From: Octopus vulgaris
Taxonomy: Eukaryota
NCBI GenBank assembly: GCA_951406725.2
Contig: OX597817.1
Coordinates: forward strand, 27,094,001 to 27,158,000
Length of the DNA stretch: 64,000 nucleotides
Reading direction: 5' to 3'
Position numbers and translations under genes: made by a program. Below are positions 1-13,879 of the stretch, piece by piece. The notes beneath the pieces were generated by a model, which had not been told where the DNA came from, did not search any database, and saw only the letters and a list, made by a program, of their open reading frames with translations. Numbering within the stretch: position 1 is the stretch's first letter; each line of letters starts with the position of its first letter.

Positions 1-55
1 AACCCAGAACCATGTGGTTGGTAGGCAAGCTACTTACCACACAGCCACTCCTGCG

Positions 56-89
<34 letters not shown>

Positions 90-258
90 TATATACGACG
101 GGCTTCTTTCAGTTTCCGTCTACCAAATCCACTCATAAGGCTTTGGTCGGCCCGAGGCTATAGTAGAAGACACTTACCCAAAGTGCCACGTAGTGGGACT
201 GAACCCGGAACCATGTGGTTAGTAAGCAAGCTACTTACCACACAGCCACTCCCACGCC
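1..258 (-). mobile_element. SINE family A, two head-region fragments
   Basis: Matches the head half of complete copies such as 33067-33483; contains cacttacccaaagtg (reverse of the CORE-like caccttgggcaagtg). Confidence 0.85.
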
Positions 259-710
259 TTGTGTTTTAATTTGTTGGTATCACATATCTAAACTACAAAC
301 GTTAAGTCACTGTTTCAAATTTCTACGAGTGATATTTTGCTCGAATAAATATCCAGAGTGTTCTAGAAGACACACACATACACACACACATGCCCACATA
401 TAAAGACATATATAAACATACATGCAAATATACATACATTCATGCATGCATACATACGCAGACATGACTCTGTGGATAGACAGGTTGCCTTATGTGATCT
501 CGATTTCTATCATAATGTATGTCACCTTATCTTTTATGTCGATCAGTTTATGTCGATCAGTGAATGAAATTGGTTGATGGAAAATGTGCTGCAGTTTGTC
601 GCCTCTCTGTCTTTCTCACTCCTCCTCGCTCTCTCTTTCACTCTCTCTCTATCCCCCTTATCTCTCTCTCTCTCTCTCTTTCTCTATATGTATGTATATA
701 TATATATATA

Positions 711-1360
711 CAAAACTTTCAAACACTAAGATTTGAAATAAGATGTCACTACTGTTAAAATTATCTGTGGATATTTTTATAAATTGGTGGTATTAACACT
801 AGTAACATAGGTGATCCATAGGCAAATACCATTATTTAGTTAGAAATTACAAATTTGCACGAAGCATAAGGATGCAGAAAGGCTTCAACCTGCCAGAAAT
901 AAGAGCTAAAGTCTTAATTAAACCAACATACAGCACTAAGATAACAGAGAAATAACAGTAGGCGAAGAAACGGAAAGAATTAATGCATTCAAAAGCACAA
1001 CTATGAAAGATTATGCAGTTTATGACATCTGTATACCCTGGTTTCGGTGTTTGGAAATTTGATCCTTGAGCCTCTTCAGTGTAGCCCACCAAGTAAAAAT
1101 TCAAGGTCATCATGTTAAACTCCGCTAACATACTGGTTTTGTTTTGCACCAAAAACACAGCACATAGGGAAGAAATATTTATAAACAAAACATTCAAACT
1201 CTAGGATTTGGAATAAGATATGTCACTACTGTTAATATCATCTGTGGATTAAAATTATAATTTGATGGTATCAGCAGTAGCAACATAGGTGATCCACAGG
1301 CACATAGCATTATTTAGCTAGAAATTACAAATTTGCATGAAGTGTAAGGATGCAGAAAAG
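711..1360 (-). repeat. ~475-bp-period direct repeat (1.4 units) containing a hammerhead-like motif; PLE pLTR/retrozyme-like
   Basis: 711-886 realigns with 1186-1360 (e.g. gtcactactgttaa, aacataggtgatcca, agaaattacaaatttgca in both). Confidence 0.7.
1029..1084 (-). ncRNA. Degenerate type I hammerhead ribozyme
   Basis: Minus strand: ctaca CTGAAGA gg...cc GAAAC cagg GTA tacag. Core intact; stem I has 2 mismatches and stem II is weak. Confidence 0.5.
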
Positions 1361-1367
1361 CATATAT

Positions 1368-1404
<37 letters not shown>

Positions 1405-1407
<3 letters not shown>

Positions 1408-1616
1408 TCTTTTATTTGTTTCAGTCATTTTACTGTGGCCATGCTGGAGCACAGCATTTACTCTAGCAAATCGACCCCAGGACTTATTCTTTGTAAGCCT
1501 AGTATTTACTCTATCAGATTCTTTTGCCAAACCACTAAGTTACGGGGACATAAACACACCAGCGTTGGTTGTCAAGCAATGTTGGGGAACAAACACAGAC
1601 ACAAACACATACACAA

Positions 1617-1647
<31 letters not shown>

Positions 1648-1807
1648 CATATATACGACAGGCTTCTTTCAGTTTCCGTCTACCAAATCCACTCACAAGG
1701 CATAGGTCGGCCCGAGGCTATAGCAGAAGACACTTGCCCAAGATGCCACGCAGTGGGACTGAACCCGGAACCATATGGTTGGTTAGCAAGCTACTTACCA
1801 CACAGCC

Positions 1808-1808
<1 letters not shown>
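1405..1808 (-). mobile_element. SINE family A, near full length
   Basis: Tail (ctcttttatttgtttcagtcat), internal (CA)/(TA) microsatellite and head region all present. Confidence 0.9.
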
Positions 1809-1929
<121 letters not shown>

Positions 1930-2020
1930 TAGTGTATTTTTCCCTCACGGGCTATTCTTTACTGGAAAGCAATACCGTAGTATTGCATTGCTAATTTATA
2001 TATATATATATATATATATA

Positions 2021-2348
2021 TCTTTTACTCTTTTATTTGTTTCAGTCATTTTACTGTGGCCATGCTGGAGGACAGCATTTACTCTAGCAAATCGACCCCA
2101 GGACTTATTCTTTGTAAGCCTAGTATTTACTCAATCAGATTCTTTTGCCAAACCACTAAGTTACGGGGATGTAAACACACCAGCGTTGATTGTCAAGCAA
2201 TGTTGGGGGACAAACACAAACACACAAATATATACACATATACATACACACACACATATATATATATATATACGACAGGCTTCTTTCAGTTTCTGTCTAC
2301 CAAATCCACTCACAAGGATTTGGTTGGCTCGAGGCTATAGTTGAAGAA
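2021..2348 (-). mobile_element. SINE family A, head-truncated; near duplicate of 1405-1808
   Basis: Shares private variants cagcatttactctagcaaatcg and tcagattcttttgccaaaccac with the preceding copy. Confidence 0.9.
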
Positions 2349-3102
2349 ACATATATATATATGTATAATTTTGGACAATCAGTAAGCTGTCATTATAGTA
2401 CACACACACACACGCGCATGCGCGCGAGTGCATGCAGGCATGCATACAGAGACAAATGAGTATTTGCAAAATTGACAGTTTAAATAAGTTTGTATTTTAG
2501 ATGTCAATAAAAAAAAAGCAGATGGCTATCGTATGGTTTTTCTTGTTTCATTTTTTCCCGTATATGTCTCCTGCTATTCCAGTCCAAAGTCTTATAGATG
2601 CAAGCTTGCACCAAAAATGCATATCCATTTCCGTATGTTATCAAAATATCTTTAACACTTTTATTCAGCATACAATTTTCTGGAATTGCTTTGTTTTTTT
2701 TTTTTGTTTTTTTTTTCGATATTTTTCTTTTTATTTATTCTTATTTCTTACCAAATCATGTGGTTTTATATTTTTATATTACTATTTAGGCTCGTGGATA
2801 GAAATGTTGATATAAATATCAAAATTCCTCTAATAGCCATTTCTAGCACAAACTATCCATGTAGTTATGTTGATTCCAAAGGTTATTCAGAAAAATATAT
2901 ACATCATCATAATCATCATATTCACTATCAAGCCCAATGTGCATCATTCTATTCCCTCTCACTATGTGCCTGCTCCATCTCTTTGTCAATCTCTTGCTAT
3001 CATCAATATCTATAACCTATGTAATAAATGAACCCATAACATAAAGAGTAAGGAAAATTACTGCATGCTATTTTTCTGTTGCATTCACTGTCCTACTAAT
3101 CC

Positions 3103-3482
3103 TGGCCCCACAGTGGTTAGGGCAGCGGACTCGCAGTCATAGGATCGCGGTTTCGATTCCCAGACTGGGCGTTGTGAGTGTTTATTGAGTGAAAACACCT
3201 AAAAAAGCTCCATGAGGCTCCGGCAGGGGATGGTGGTGATCCCTGCTGTACTCTTTCACCACAACTTTCTCTCACTCTTACTTCCTGTTTCTGTTGTACC
3301 TGTATTTCAAGGGGCCGGCCTCTTGTCACTCTCTGTGTCACGCTGAATATCCCCGAGAACTACGTTAAGGGTGCACGTGTCTGTGGAGTGCTCAGCCACT
3401 TACACGTTTATTTCACGAGCAGGCTGTTCCATTGATTCGGATAAACCAGAACCCTCATCGCTGTAACCGACGGAGTGCTTCC
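3103..3482 (+). mobile_element. SINE family C (tRNA-derived head), tail type 1
   Basis: A-box-like cagtggttagg and B-box-like ggtttcgattccc; same head at 63894-64000 and (minus) 51106-50920. Confidence 0.85.
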
Positions 3483-4384
3483 ATCAAATCCTGGCCCAGA
3501 AAATTTTTTACATAGGCAAAAGACTAGAAATTCGAAGTGGTATCTGTAATTTGAATAAACTTCAGTTCTTATGTGGCACCTTATTTTATCACCCTCAAAA
3601 TGATGAAAGATAAATTTGACCCCCAAAGATTTGAACTCTGAAAGAGCTGCAACAAGTAGCTCCAGATCTTTTAGCCATTACTCTAATTATACTGCCTGCA
3701 TATTGTAACAACAAAAACAATTTGAAATCTATGTAATAATAATAAAAAAAGAAGAATGTATAAATATTTAATAACCCCAAACGAAATATTCATGTTCTCC
3801 CACACCCATCAAAAGCAAGAAATGTAGAGAGAAAGTAAATATAATACTCTCATCAAAGTATACCAACCATTTAGTTAATTATCAATAATCTACATTTTTT
3901 ATGAAATTAGAATATAGATTAAAAAAAACAATTATGAAACATACATAAAATGAATATAATTATATTAAATAGAAATCATTTTACAGACATTTCTATAAAC
4001 TCTCATTAATTCTGAAATATAAGCAATTAGATCTTTGATCAGGGCTAGTAGTCTACTTAAAGACTCGAAAAATATTGGACAACAACAAAAAAAGTCAAGC
4101 AAAAATTCATGTGAGAAATGATACTAAGCAAAAAAGGCATGTGCATCAACATGTATAAGGTCCATATAAATTATATGCAAGCACTCACCTCTCCTTCACA
4201 CGAACATACTTATATATCAAATAGAGGCTCAAGAATCTGTGACAGACAATTTTTGATGAATTAAGTAAGGTATTACTCACTGACAGTAAAATATGACCTC
4301 AAATATGAAAAATGAATCTCAAATACTGAAAATATGGTATATCTCCTACAGACTGCATCACAACTGTGTATGTATGTGTATATT

Positions 4385-4430
<46 letters not shown>

Positions 4431-4895
4431 CTCTTGTTTCAGTGTCCTTTGAAAATTTTCATCATACCTCCTGTGACCTCTTCAGTGACCCTCCACCCCA
4501 AGTGTCTCCTCCAGTCCTGTTTAGTCTGTTCTGTCTTTCTGTAGTATGTACCCTTACCTGCACATGCTATTGTGCATGTGTGTGTGTGTGTGCACACATG
4601 TTTATGTGTTTTGTATGTGTATTTTGTGTATGTGTATATATGGGTTTGCTTACTATACTGCTTGTACTTATGTCCTTTATTTAGATTTTTTTTTTGAATT
4701 TATTCATTTATTTACTGATTCGTTTTTTTTTTTTTGTACAATAATAAACCTGAACTTATATTGAAGTAAATAGTTATAGTATAGTAAATAGTGCATGTGT
4801 TTATTTAGAAAATAAATTTAAAAAATGTGACAATATGTGTTTCAACAGATGATTTCACATCAGGAATTTTGAAAAGTAAATACATAAACATATAT

Positions 4896-5302
4896 GAGTG
4901 GCTATGTGGTAAGAAGCTTGCTCCCCAACTACTTGGTTCCCAGGTTCAGTTCTACTACATAGCACCTTGGGTAGGTGTCTTCTACTATAGCCTCAGGCCA
5001 ACTAAAGCCTTGTGAGTTGATTCCGTAGACAGAAACTGAAAGATGTCCATCATATGTGTGTATTTGCATGTGTGTGTTTGTGTGTCTTCGTCTGTCCCCC
5101 CCCCACCACCACCACTACCTAACAACCAGTGTTGGTGTGTTTATGTCCCTGTAACTAAGAGGTTTGGCAAAAGGGATTGATACCAGTCTTAAAAAATATA
5201 TATAAAAAAAGTACTGTGGTAAAATCACTTAACTAAAATTCTTCAAGGCTGTACCCCAGTATTACTGCACTCTAATGATTGGAACGAGTAAAAGAATAAA
5301 AG

Positions 5303-5303
<1 letters not shown>
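4896..5303 (+). mobile_element. SINE family A, diverged
   Basis: gagtggctatgtggtaag...caccttgggtaggtgtcttctactatagcc...gagtaaaagaataaaaga. Confidence 0.8.
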
Positions 5304-5334
<31 letters not shown>

Positions 5335-5393
5335 TATATATATATATGCACATATAAATCCATAGTTATTTAATCCACAAACAGGCTTTATAA

Positions 5394-5800
5394 TACTCTT
5401 TTACTCTTTTACTTGCTTCAATCATTTGACTGTGGCCATGCTGGAGCACCACCTTTAGTCGAGCAAATTGAACCAAGGACTTATTCTTTGTGAACCTAGT
5501 ACTTATACTATCAGTCTCTTTTGCTGAACCGTTAAGTTACGGGGATGTAAACACACCAGCATAGGTTGTCAAGTGATGTTGGGGGGGACAAACACAGACA
5601 CACAAACACACACACAGACACACATATATATATATATACATATATATATATACATATACACGATGGGCTTCTTTCACAAGGCTTTGGTCGGCCCAAAGTT
5701 TTAGTAGTAGACACTTGCCCAACGTGCCACGCAGTGGGACTGAACCTAGAACCATGTGGTTGGTAAGCAAGCTACCTACCACACAGCCACTCCTGCACCT
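5394..5800 (-). mobile_element. SINE family A
   Basis: Tail-to-head match with a small internal deletion. Confidence 0.9.
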
Positions 5801-5812
5801 ATTTACATTCTC

Positions 5813-5894
<82 letters not shown>

Positions 5895-6313
5895 TATGGT
5901 AAGTGAAATTGAATACTTCAATGTTCTAAGCTTTCTGAAGTAAAAAAAAAAGCAAAACAAAAAAATAAAATGTTATTTCAGGCATCAACACTAGCTCAAT
6001 CTGTTTACCAAGAACATACTTTTACTCTCCTATAATCCCAAAAGTTCTTTCACTATTTGCATTTTGCTTTAGTTATTTTGCATATAAAGTTTTCTGTGTT
6101 GGCAAAAGTGAGTTAGAATTCATTTGAGTAATTGATTTTTTTCCTGTTGAATGCATTTCCTACTATTAGTCAGTCAAGCATGAGATATATGCATGAAACT
6201 ACAGTCAGCTTGATTGTTTAAAGTAAATACTTAAAACAATTTTTTTCAATAATTCAAAATAATAGATGCATTAATAAGATTTGAACACATAATCAAATAC
6301 CAAGAACAAGTTC

Positions 6314-6537
6314 TTTATTCTTTCTTTTTTATTCTTTTACTTGTTTCAGTCATTTGACTGCGGCCATGCTGGAGCACCGCCTTTAGTCGAGCAAATCGAC
6401 CCCGGGACTTATTCTTTGTAAGCCCAGTACTTATTCTATCGGTCTCTTTTGCCGAACCGCTAAATGACGGGGATGTAAACACACCAGCATCGGTTGTCAA
6501 GCAATGCTAGGGGGACAAACACAGACATACAAACACG

Positions 6538-6575
<38 letters not shown>

Positions 6576-6739
6576 CGACAGGCTTCTTTCAGTTTCCGTC
6601 TACCAAATCCACTCACAAGGCATTGGTCGGCCCGTGCTATAGCAGAAGACACTTGCCCAAGATGCCACGCAGTGGGACTGAACCCGGGACCATGTGGTTG
6701 GTTAGCAAGCTACTTACCACACAGCCACTCCTGCACCTA
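6314..6739 (-). mobile_element. SINE family A, young copy
   Basis: CpG-rich; near-identical to the reverse complement of 52456-52866. Confidence 0.92.
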
Positions 6740-7217
6740 TATATAGTGTGAATGTTTGTTCAATAATTTCTGTTTTTTGAAAAAAAAGCAACATGAATAT
6801 TATATCAAAATGATTGACAATTAATTCCTTTCAAATAACACAGAATATGTTCCGTTATCAATATTTACTAAGAGGAATGATGAAAATAACAGAAAGTTAC
6901 AAACCTATAACATGTGAAGTATATGTGCATGCATGTACGTATGCTTATATACAGCACACACATGTGTGTGTGTGTGTACTCGATCCTTTTTCCAAGAAAT
7001 CTAATGCTCGTAGCTTAGTTTTTCTTTGGGGCTGGCCGTATCGGAGCGATATCAGGATTAATCAGCCTAAATTGCTAAGATGATCCGGTTCCCGAAGATT
7101 AGAGGCTTCGAATGATCCGTCTGCTTTTTTGTGTTGACTCTGTGTGTTTTTGCGTTCTTGTCCCATTTTGTAATTTATATTTAATTTCTATACATATATA
7201 TATATATATATGAGAAT

Positions 7218-7314
7218 TTTTTGCGTAATAAGATAAAAAAACAAAGGCTGTATAGATATTAGAGCGCTCTAATATGTATACAGCCTTGGTTTTTTTTATC
7301 TTATTACGCAAAAA
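7218..7314. repeat. ~97-bp near-perfect spacerless palindrome (Penelope-like terminus fold-back)
   Basis: Centre agagc|gctct at 7265/7266; arms tttttgcgtaataagataaaaaa / ttttttatcttattacgcaaaaa; arm resembles 23788-23837. Confidence 0.85.
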
Positions 7315-7467
7315 CGTCTTATATACACATGCTGATATAGAACCAACGTTGAACCCTTTATTCGCAATATTACCAAATCTGGAACTTAACTATGGTCTGT
7401 CTATAGCACTTATTCAGCATTAACTGACACCTTTGGGTCTCAATGACACCATTATCTATCTATCTAC

Positions 7468-7512
<45 letters not shown>

Positions 7513-7807
7513 TATATGTATAAATATTTATCGTTTGGTTTTACCATACTCAAACTATGCATAGTTATTTCTAGTTTGCTTTCTAAAATGCTTGATTAAG
7601 TATATCAACTTTAATTTAACTGTACATATATAAGGGCGGTTTTCATGACAAAAGTTGAAGAAAAACAAAAAGAAGATCTTTGCTCCACAGAGGGAGGGAA
7701 ATGGCTATTTTGGTCCTTATAAAATGTAGAAACGTATTCAACCTGGAATTGAAAATGGCTGGTGTATTCACTTCATATATTTTACCAATGCACTTAGGAA
7801 AGTATAT

Positions 7808-8039
7808 ATTTCTTTACTACCCACAAGGGGCTAAACACAGAGGGGATAAACAAGGACAGACAAACGGATTAAGTCGATTATATCGACCCCAGTGCATAAC
7901 TGGTACTTAATTTATCGACCCCGAAAGGATGAAAGGCAAAGTCGACCTCGGCGGAATTTGAACTCAGAACTTAACGGCAGACGAAATACGGCTACGCATT
8001 TCGCCCGGCATGCTAACATTTCTGCCAGCTCGCTGCCTT
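7808..8039 (-). mobile_element. SINE family B (Meta-like central domain) with 18-bp TSD
   Basis: TSD tgcacttaggaa(a/t)gtata at 7789-7806 and 8040-8057; central gcctttcatcctttcggggtcgataaa on the minus strand. Confidence 0.9.
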
Positions 8040-8072
8040 TGCACTTAGGAATGTATAAGCTAGTATTTCCCT

Positions 8073-8304
8073 TTAGCTCCTCTGTTGGCATATTTCTGTT
8101 CAAACACACTGCTTTGTTTCAGTTCATTTTGGAAGTAATGAAGAATTTAGTAAAATAACTTTCTTATCATCAATTTTGTGTTTGGAACATAAATTAACAT
8201 GAAATTTTAATGGAATAATTTAATTTAGATGACTTTAAAACAGAAAGTTTATATCATAGAACCTAGGGCAATCACAGGTGGAGGGCTGGTATGAAAAGAG
8301 TTAA
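8073..8304. mobile_element. TTAA-type (piggyBac-like) MITE, diverged
   Basis: Colinear with 20761-20987 (aagaatttagtaaaataact); ends aaaagag-TTAA. Confidence 0.6.
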
Positions 8305-8439
8305 ACGTGCTTCAATGTACCTCCAGTCTATCAAATATCTTAGAAAATTATATCATGGAAACAAACTTCTATAGTTTTATGTATTATTGAATATGCATAA
8401 AAACGTTCATACATATATGCTTATGTATACACATGTATA

Positions 8440-8690
<251 letters not shown>

Positions 8691-10484
8691 CAGATGTATA
8701 CACATATATTTATTAATGAAAATATCAATAAATTACCTTCTATCATTGCATTAGATGACTTTTGAATTACGAATAATTGAGATTAAGTATGTAAGTGAAA
8801 GAAGGAAGAAAAGATTGTGGGGAAAGACAATGAAGAAGCAATAAGTATCTGACAGAGATCATAATGAAAATATAAATAGCAATTATGTGACATAATGAGA
8901 AATAGTGAGTGTGGGAGTAAAACGGAGGAAGAAGAAATCGGCAAAGAGGGAAAGTAAATATGTTATGGGTTGGAAGAGGAAACTAAGCTACAGTTATGTG
9001 TGCAAGCATGTAAGTGTCACGGTATTAGTACAGAGAACAAATATGTGCTCCTGTATTTGAAAATGAGAAGAATGCAGTTAAACGCAATTATAAAAATATA
9101 ATGGGTGTGTGTCTATTTAACAAATAATGAACTAGGGATTTAGTAAGATAATTTATTTTATTAAAACAAAAACTACAGCAAAGTAATTGCTCTGCAGAGT
9201 TCTTATTATACTTTTAATTGAGGAGGTTACATATATCATAGGATGGTTAAAATACTTATCATTGATTGATTTTGTTCCAGCTGTAGAAGCCATGCCAAAG
9301 GCAGACACTGGTATACGATGCAATCCTAGACTCATTGGATCCTTGTCATACTTCCCAGCCCATGCCAGCATGGAATATGAACATTAAGTGATGATGATGA
9401 TGACGATGATGGTGGTGGTGGTGGTGGTGGTGGCGGCGGCTGTGATGATGGTGAGGATAATGGTGATGGTGATGGTGATGATAATGGTGATGATAATGGT
9501 GATGATAACGGTGATGATGATGATGGTGGTGATGATGATGATGATGATGAGTGCTGCTTTTCTATAAATTAAACACTAATTTCAGGTGTAAGTTCTAAAG
9601 CTAGGTAAGAAAGGCATGGATGCTTTATATTACTGAAAAAAAAAATCAAAGGTGTAAGGTGAACATTGAAAATTCGCAGCACAGTAGTAAAGAAATATAA
9701 ACAAGAGAAATATAAACATTTTCATAAACATAATCAATTCTACTTCATGTTTTTATAATACAATGATGAGTTGAATGAAAAGTGATAGTTAAAGAAACAT
9801 GGAGCTTTGAGGTAAATATTAATGCTGTAGCAACCATTTGGCTGCACTGGATAATAATGTGAAGAGAAATTGTTTCCATTGCTAAAAGAATATAGTGGTA
9901 GTTATGATGCCCAACTTTAGAAGTCTTGAAGAAAATGTATTTCAACATATTTTGAAGAGAAGTTAACAGTTTTAGCTATGAAATCTGCATAGAGAAATTA
10001 TGGAAGATTTAATGTGCTTCAGTTGAAAAATGAGGCAAGAGCAATTAAGATAGCTAGGAGTTTCACTTGGTTTGTAGTGCACAGAAGAATTTAAGGAGTT
10101 ATGATAAGATAAGAGTGGCAATATGAAGAAATTATAAATTGTAAATAAGTATTACATTTATCCCAAAGGATTTTGCAAGCAAATTCTCAAAAGAAAAGAA
10201 ATTATCTCAATCTGTTTGATAAAGTATTACAAGAAGCTCTGATGCTTAATCTAGAGAATCTAATTGTTTCCACTGAAGACTTTGTCATATACAGCAAATG
10301 TTCTAAAGGCAAGGTCTGTCTTTTATTCACTGACCACTTCAATAATAATTCTTGTAAATATTGTTTGAACATCATACAAACTTTTGGACACTGGTGAATT
10401 TAGTCTTAGACTGGATGATTGCTTTTGTGAATAAGTAGCTCTCAGTTTTTTTCTGGCAGATTTCAAAGTAAATTTTTCCTCTGT

Positions 10485-10710
10485 GGTCAACCCTTGTCTA
10501 GATGATTGGAAATGTGCACCACCATCATCCATATGAGGTTGTTCATTGACAGTCCTCTGTGGAAAACATAATTTAGCTGTAGGGAAGCATATTACCCTGC
10601 ATGGCAACAGGTGAGGGCTGGTGACTGGAAGGGTATCCAGCTGTAAAAATTTGCTTTGATATATTCTGTCTGACACATGCAAGCAAGAAAAAGTGATGAT
10701 GAGGATGATA
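10485..10710 (+). mobile_element. Old SINE family E 3' part with RTE-like tail
   Basis: ggtgactggaagggtatccagctgtaaaa...catgcaagcaagaaaa; related to 50540-50750. Confidence 0.6.
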
Positions 10711-10989
10711 TTAATGCAATCAACTGGCTTCTTGGAGGAGGAGCTAGTTGAACTGACCACAGTACTCAACTGATACTTATTTTATCAATGCAGCAAGCAT
10801 AAAAAGAAAATGTCAACACAGCAGCATGTGAACTTAGAACATAAAATTGGAAGAAAAGCCAATAAGAATTTGGGTGAGCATATAAAGGATTCTGCCACCT
10901 CACTTAATAATAAATCATCATACATCGTCATCATTATCATCATCATCATCATCCTCATCATCCTCATCATCCTCATCATCATCATCATT

Positions 10990-11390
10990 ATCATCATCAT
11001 TTAATGTCTATTTTCCATGCTGGCATGGGTTAGACTGTTTGAATGGATCTGGTAAGCTGGAAAGCTGAATCAGGTTCAAGCCTGATTTTGGTTTAGTTTC
11101 TTTGGCTGGATGCTCTATTTAATGCCGACCACTCCACAGAGTGCATTGGGTGCCTTCTATGTGTCACCAGCACAGTTGCCTCTTACATGTGACCAGCACA
11201 AGTGCCTTTTATGTTCAACCAGCATGGGTACCTTTTACATGTCACTGGCATGGGTGCTTTTACATGTCACAAGTGCAGGTGCCGTTTACCTTGGTTTCTA
11301 CAGCTGGATGCCCTTCTTAATGCCAACAACTCCAAGAGTGTAGTTGGTGCCTTTTACATGTCACTAGCTCAGGTGTCTTTTATGTGTCAC
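10990..11390 (-). mobile_element. Diverged RTE LINE 3' UTR fragment(s)
   Basis: (CAT)n then ttttccatgctggcatgggtt; repeated gtgccttttacatgtcac units. Confidence 0.75.
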
Positions 11391-12344
11391 ATACCTTTTA
11401 CTAGTATTAATAATAATTAGAGCAATAATTTAATAATCACAGCAATGATGCATTTACACTGTTAAATATATATCCTTGCAATTACAGAGCTCCAACAATG
11501 TTAAAGAGCAAGAATTCAGTGAAAATTTGAGAGGAAAATAACTTTTTGTTGTCATATGGGAAAGAGATAATTCTGTTATCCATTTATGGATCTTCTTAAT
11601 TTCATAGTTATCAAACTAATATACTATAAGCATGACAATCTACTTTCTCCTGTTGATTTTTAGTTTCTTATACAATAAGCTTAAGTTTCCGATTTTGTAT
11701 GATGCCAATTTTCTTTAAATTTCTTTAAAAATGTTGTCTATCTTGGCAATATCAAGTTAGAAATGAACTGCGTTTTTTTAAAAAATATATTTATCTTCTT
11801 ATCTTACTGTAAATTTGATATGAAATAGCTTTTGAACAATACTCACAAAAAGAAACAAAATTATATTTTAAATAAATGTAAAATAGAATAACACATCAGT
11901 AGTTGTAGTAGTAGTGGTTGTGGTGGTGGTGGTGGTGATGGCAGTAGTGTTGACTGTGGTGGTGCTGGTGATCGTGGTGGTGCTGGTGCTGTTGGTAATG
12001 ATTATTATGATGAAATGAAGCTGCATCACAAATTCAACAACTCTTTTGGGAAATAGAATTATTTAACATATCTACAAATATTTCTGTGGAATAATATTCT
12101 GAATTTTCCCAGAAGTAATTTTATATTCTGCAGATATTCTATAACAAGCTGGTTGATTGAATGTTATATCAAAGCAAGATCATCTCTCAGAGAAAATCCA
12201 TTTAGAATCAAGCCATTTAAAAGAAAGAGTGGCGATAATAAGGAACAGGATTGACATAACAAATGATAATAATAATAATGATGATGATGATAATAATAAT
12301 AACAGCAAGAACAACAGCAATAATAATGGTAATGATAATGATAA

Positions 12345-12740
12345 TGAGAAGAAGGAGGAGGAGGAGGAGGGGTGGAGAAGTGGTAGAAGTAGAAGGAGGA
12401 GGAGGGGTGGAGAAGTGGTAGAAGTAGAAGGAGGAGGAGGAGGAGGGGGAGGGAGTAGAAGAGGAAGATGACGAAGACAAAGGAGGAGGGGAGGGGGGAG
12501 GAAGAGGAGGAGACAAAGAAGATGACGAAGAAAAAGGAGCAGGGGAGGGGAGGGGTGGAGGAAGAGGAGGAGAAGAAGAAGAAGAAGAAGATGAAGATGA
12601 CGAAGAAAAAGGAGGAGGGGAGGGGGAGGAAGAGGAGGAGGAGGAGGAGAAGAAGAAGAAGAAGAAGAAGGAGAAGAAGAAGAAAAAGAAGAAGAAGAAG
12701 AAGAAGAAGAAGAAGAACAACAACAACAACAACAGCAACA
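12345..12740. repeat. Polypurine (GGA/GAA)n tract with three copies of a gaagatgacgaaga-containing unit
   Basis: Direct reading; units near 12464, 12518 and 12593. Confidence 0.9.
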
Positions 12741-13224
12741 AAGGTGGGGGTGCGGTGATAATGATGTTAAAAAACGGATAAGATGATGGTGATAAGGAGG
12801 AAGAGGAAAAACCTGAAGAAAATGGTACAAGGAATTAGAAAGGTATGGAAAAAGAATAAGAACAGTCAGATCTGTGGAAGCAGGTAACAAAATAAGGTAA
12901 ACATAAGTTAGTTTGTGTGAATGGATGAATTCATTAAAGGATGTTAAAGACAGATTGAATTGAATAAATTTACTATTTTTACTCATTTATTTATAAATTC
13001 ATTAACTTTTCCGAGTTATCTGAGATAAATCATCATAGTTTGCTGCTAAAAATCGCTGTTGGTTTATTGGGATCCTGATTTATATTCATTGTTAATGATC
13101 AGTTTGACGTTAAATTTTGGTTTTTATCAGTTGTGTCCATGGAATTAGCTTTAAATTCTTACTGCATTTCGATATGTATGACTCTAAGTGTGTGTGTGTG
13201 TGTGTGCATGCATTCATATCTCTA

Positions 13225-13438
13225 TTATTTGTTTCAGTCATTTGACTGTGGCCATGGTGGAGCACCGCCTTTAGTCGAGCAAATTGACCCCAGGACTTAT
13301 TCTTTGGAAGCCGAGTACTTATTCTATCGGTCTCTTTTGCTGAACCGCTAAATTACGGAGTGGTAAACACACCAGAATCGGTTGTCAAGTGATATTGGGG
13401 GGGACAAACACACATATACACACACACACATACATATA

Positions 13439-13484
<46 letters not shown>

Positions 13485-13650
13485 AACAATGGGCTTCTTT
13501 CAGTTTCCGTCTACCAAATCCACTCACAAGGCTTTGGTCAGCCCGAGGCTATAGTGGAAGACACTTGCCCAAGGTGCCATGCAGTGGGACTGAATCCGGA
13601 ACCATGTGGTTAGTAAGCAAGCTACTTATCACACAGCCACTCCTATGACT
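13225..13650 (-). mobile_element. SINE family A
   Basis: Full tail-to-head match. Confidence 0.9.
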
Positions 13651-13879
13651 ATGTAAAATATACTACTAACATGATTATGGTGATTCTCTTATGACCCATT
13701 GATATTAGTATTGTTTCCATTAGAGTATCCAAGAAATTACTGCTGTCTTTACTCTGTCTTTAGATTCATAGCAGAAATAAAAGGATATATTTATTAATTT
13801 CTTCGGACTACATGCAATGCTGTCATTTGATTGTGGGCTCTGGTAGTCATTTTCATAGCCAACCAAGTAGCACCAACTG

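Noticed and set aside
3103-3180. SINE C and other SINE heads as tRNA genes
   Set aside because: A/B boxes present but no complete cloverleaf; they are SINE promoters.
4435-4495. CTGAAGA..GAAA on the minus strand
   Set aside because: Stem I cannot form.
6980-7190. CpG-rich block next to the palindrome
   Set aside because: Probably a repeat fragment, but no ribozyme, TIR or protein motif could be supported.
12180-12986. 268-aa ORF, the longest in the window
   Set aside because: Open only because it spans stop-free trinucleotide and polypurine repeats.
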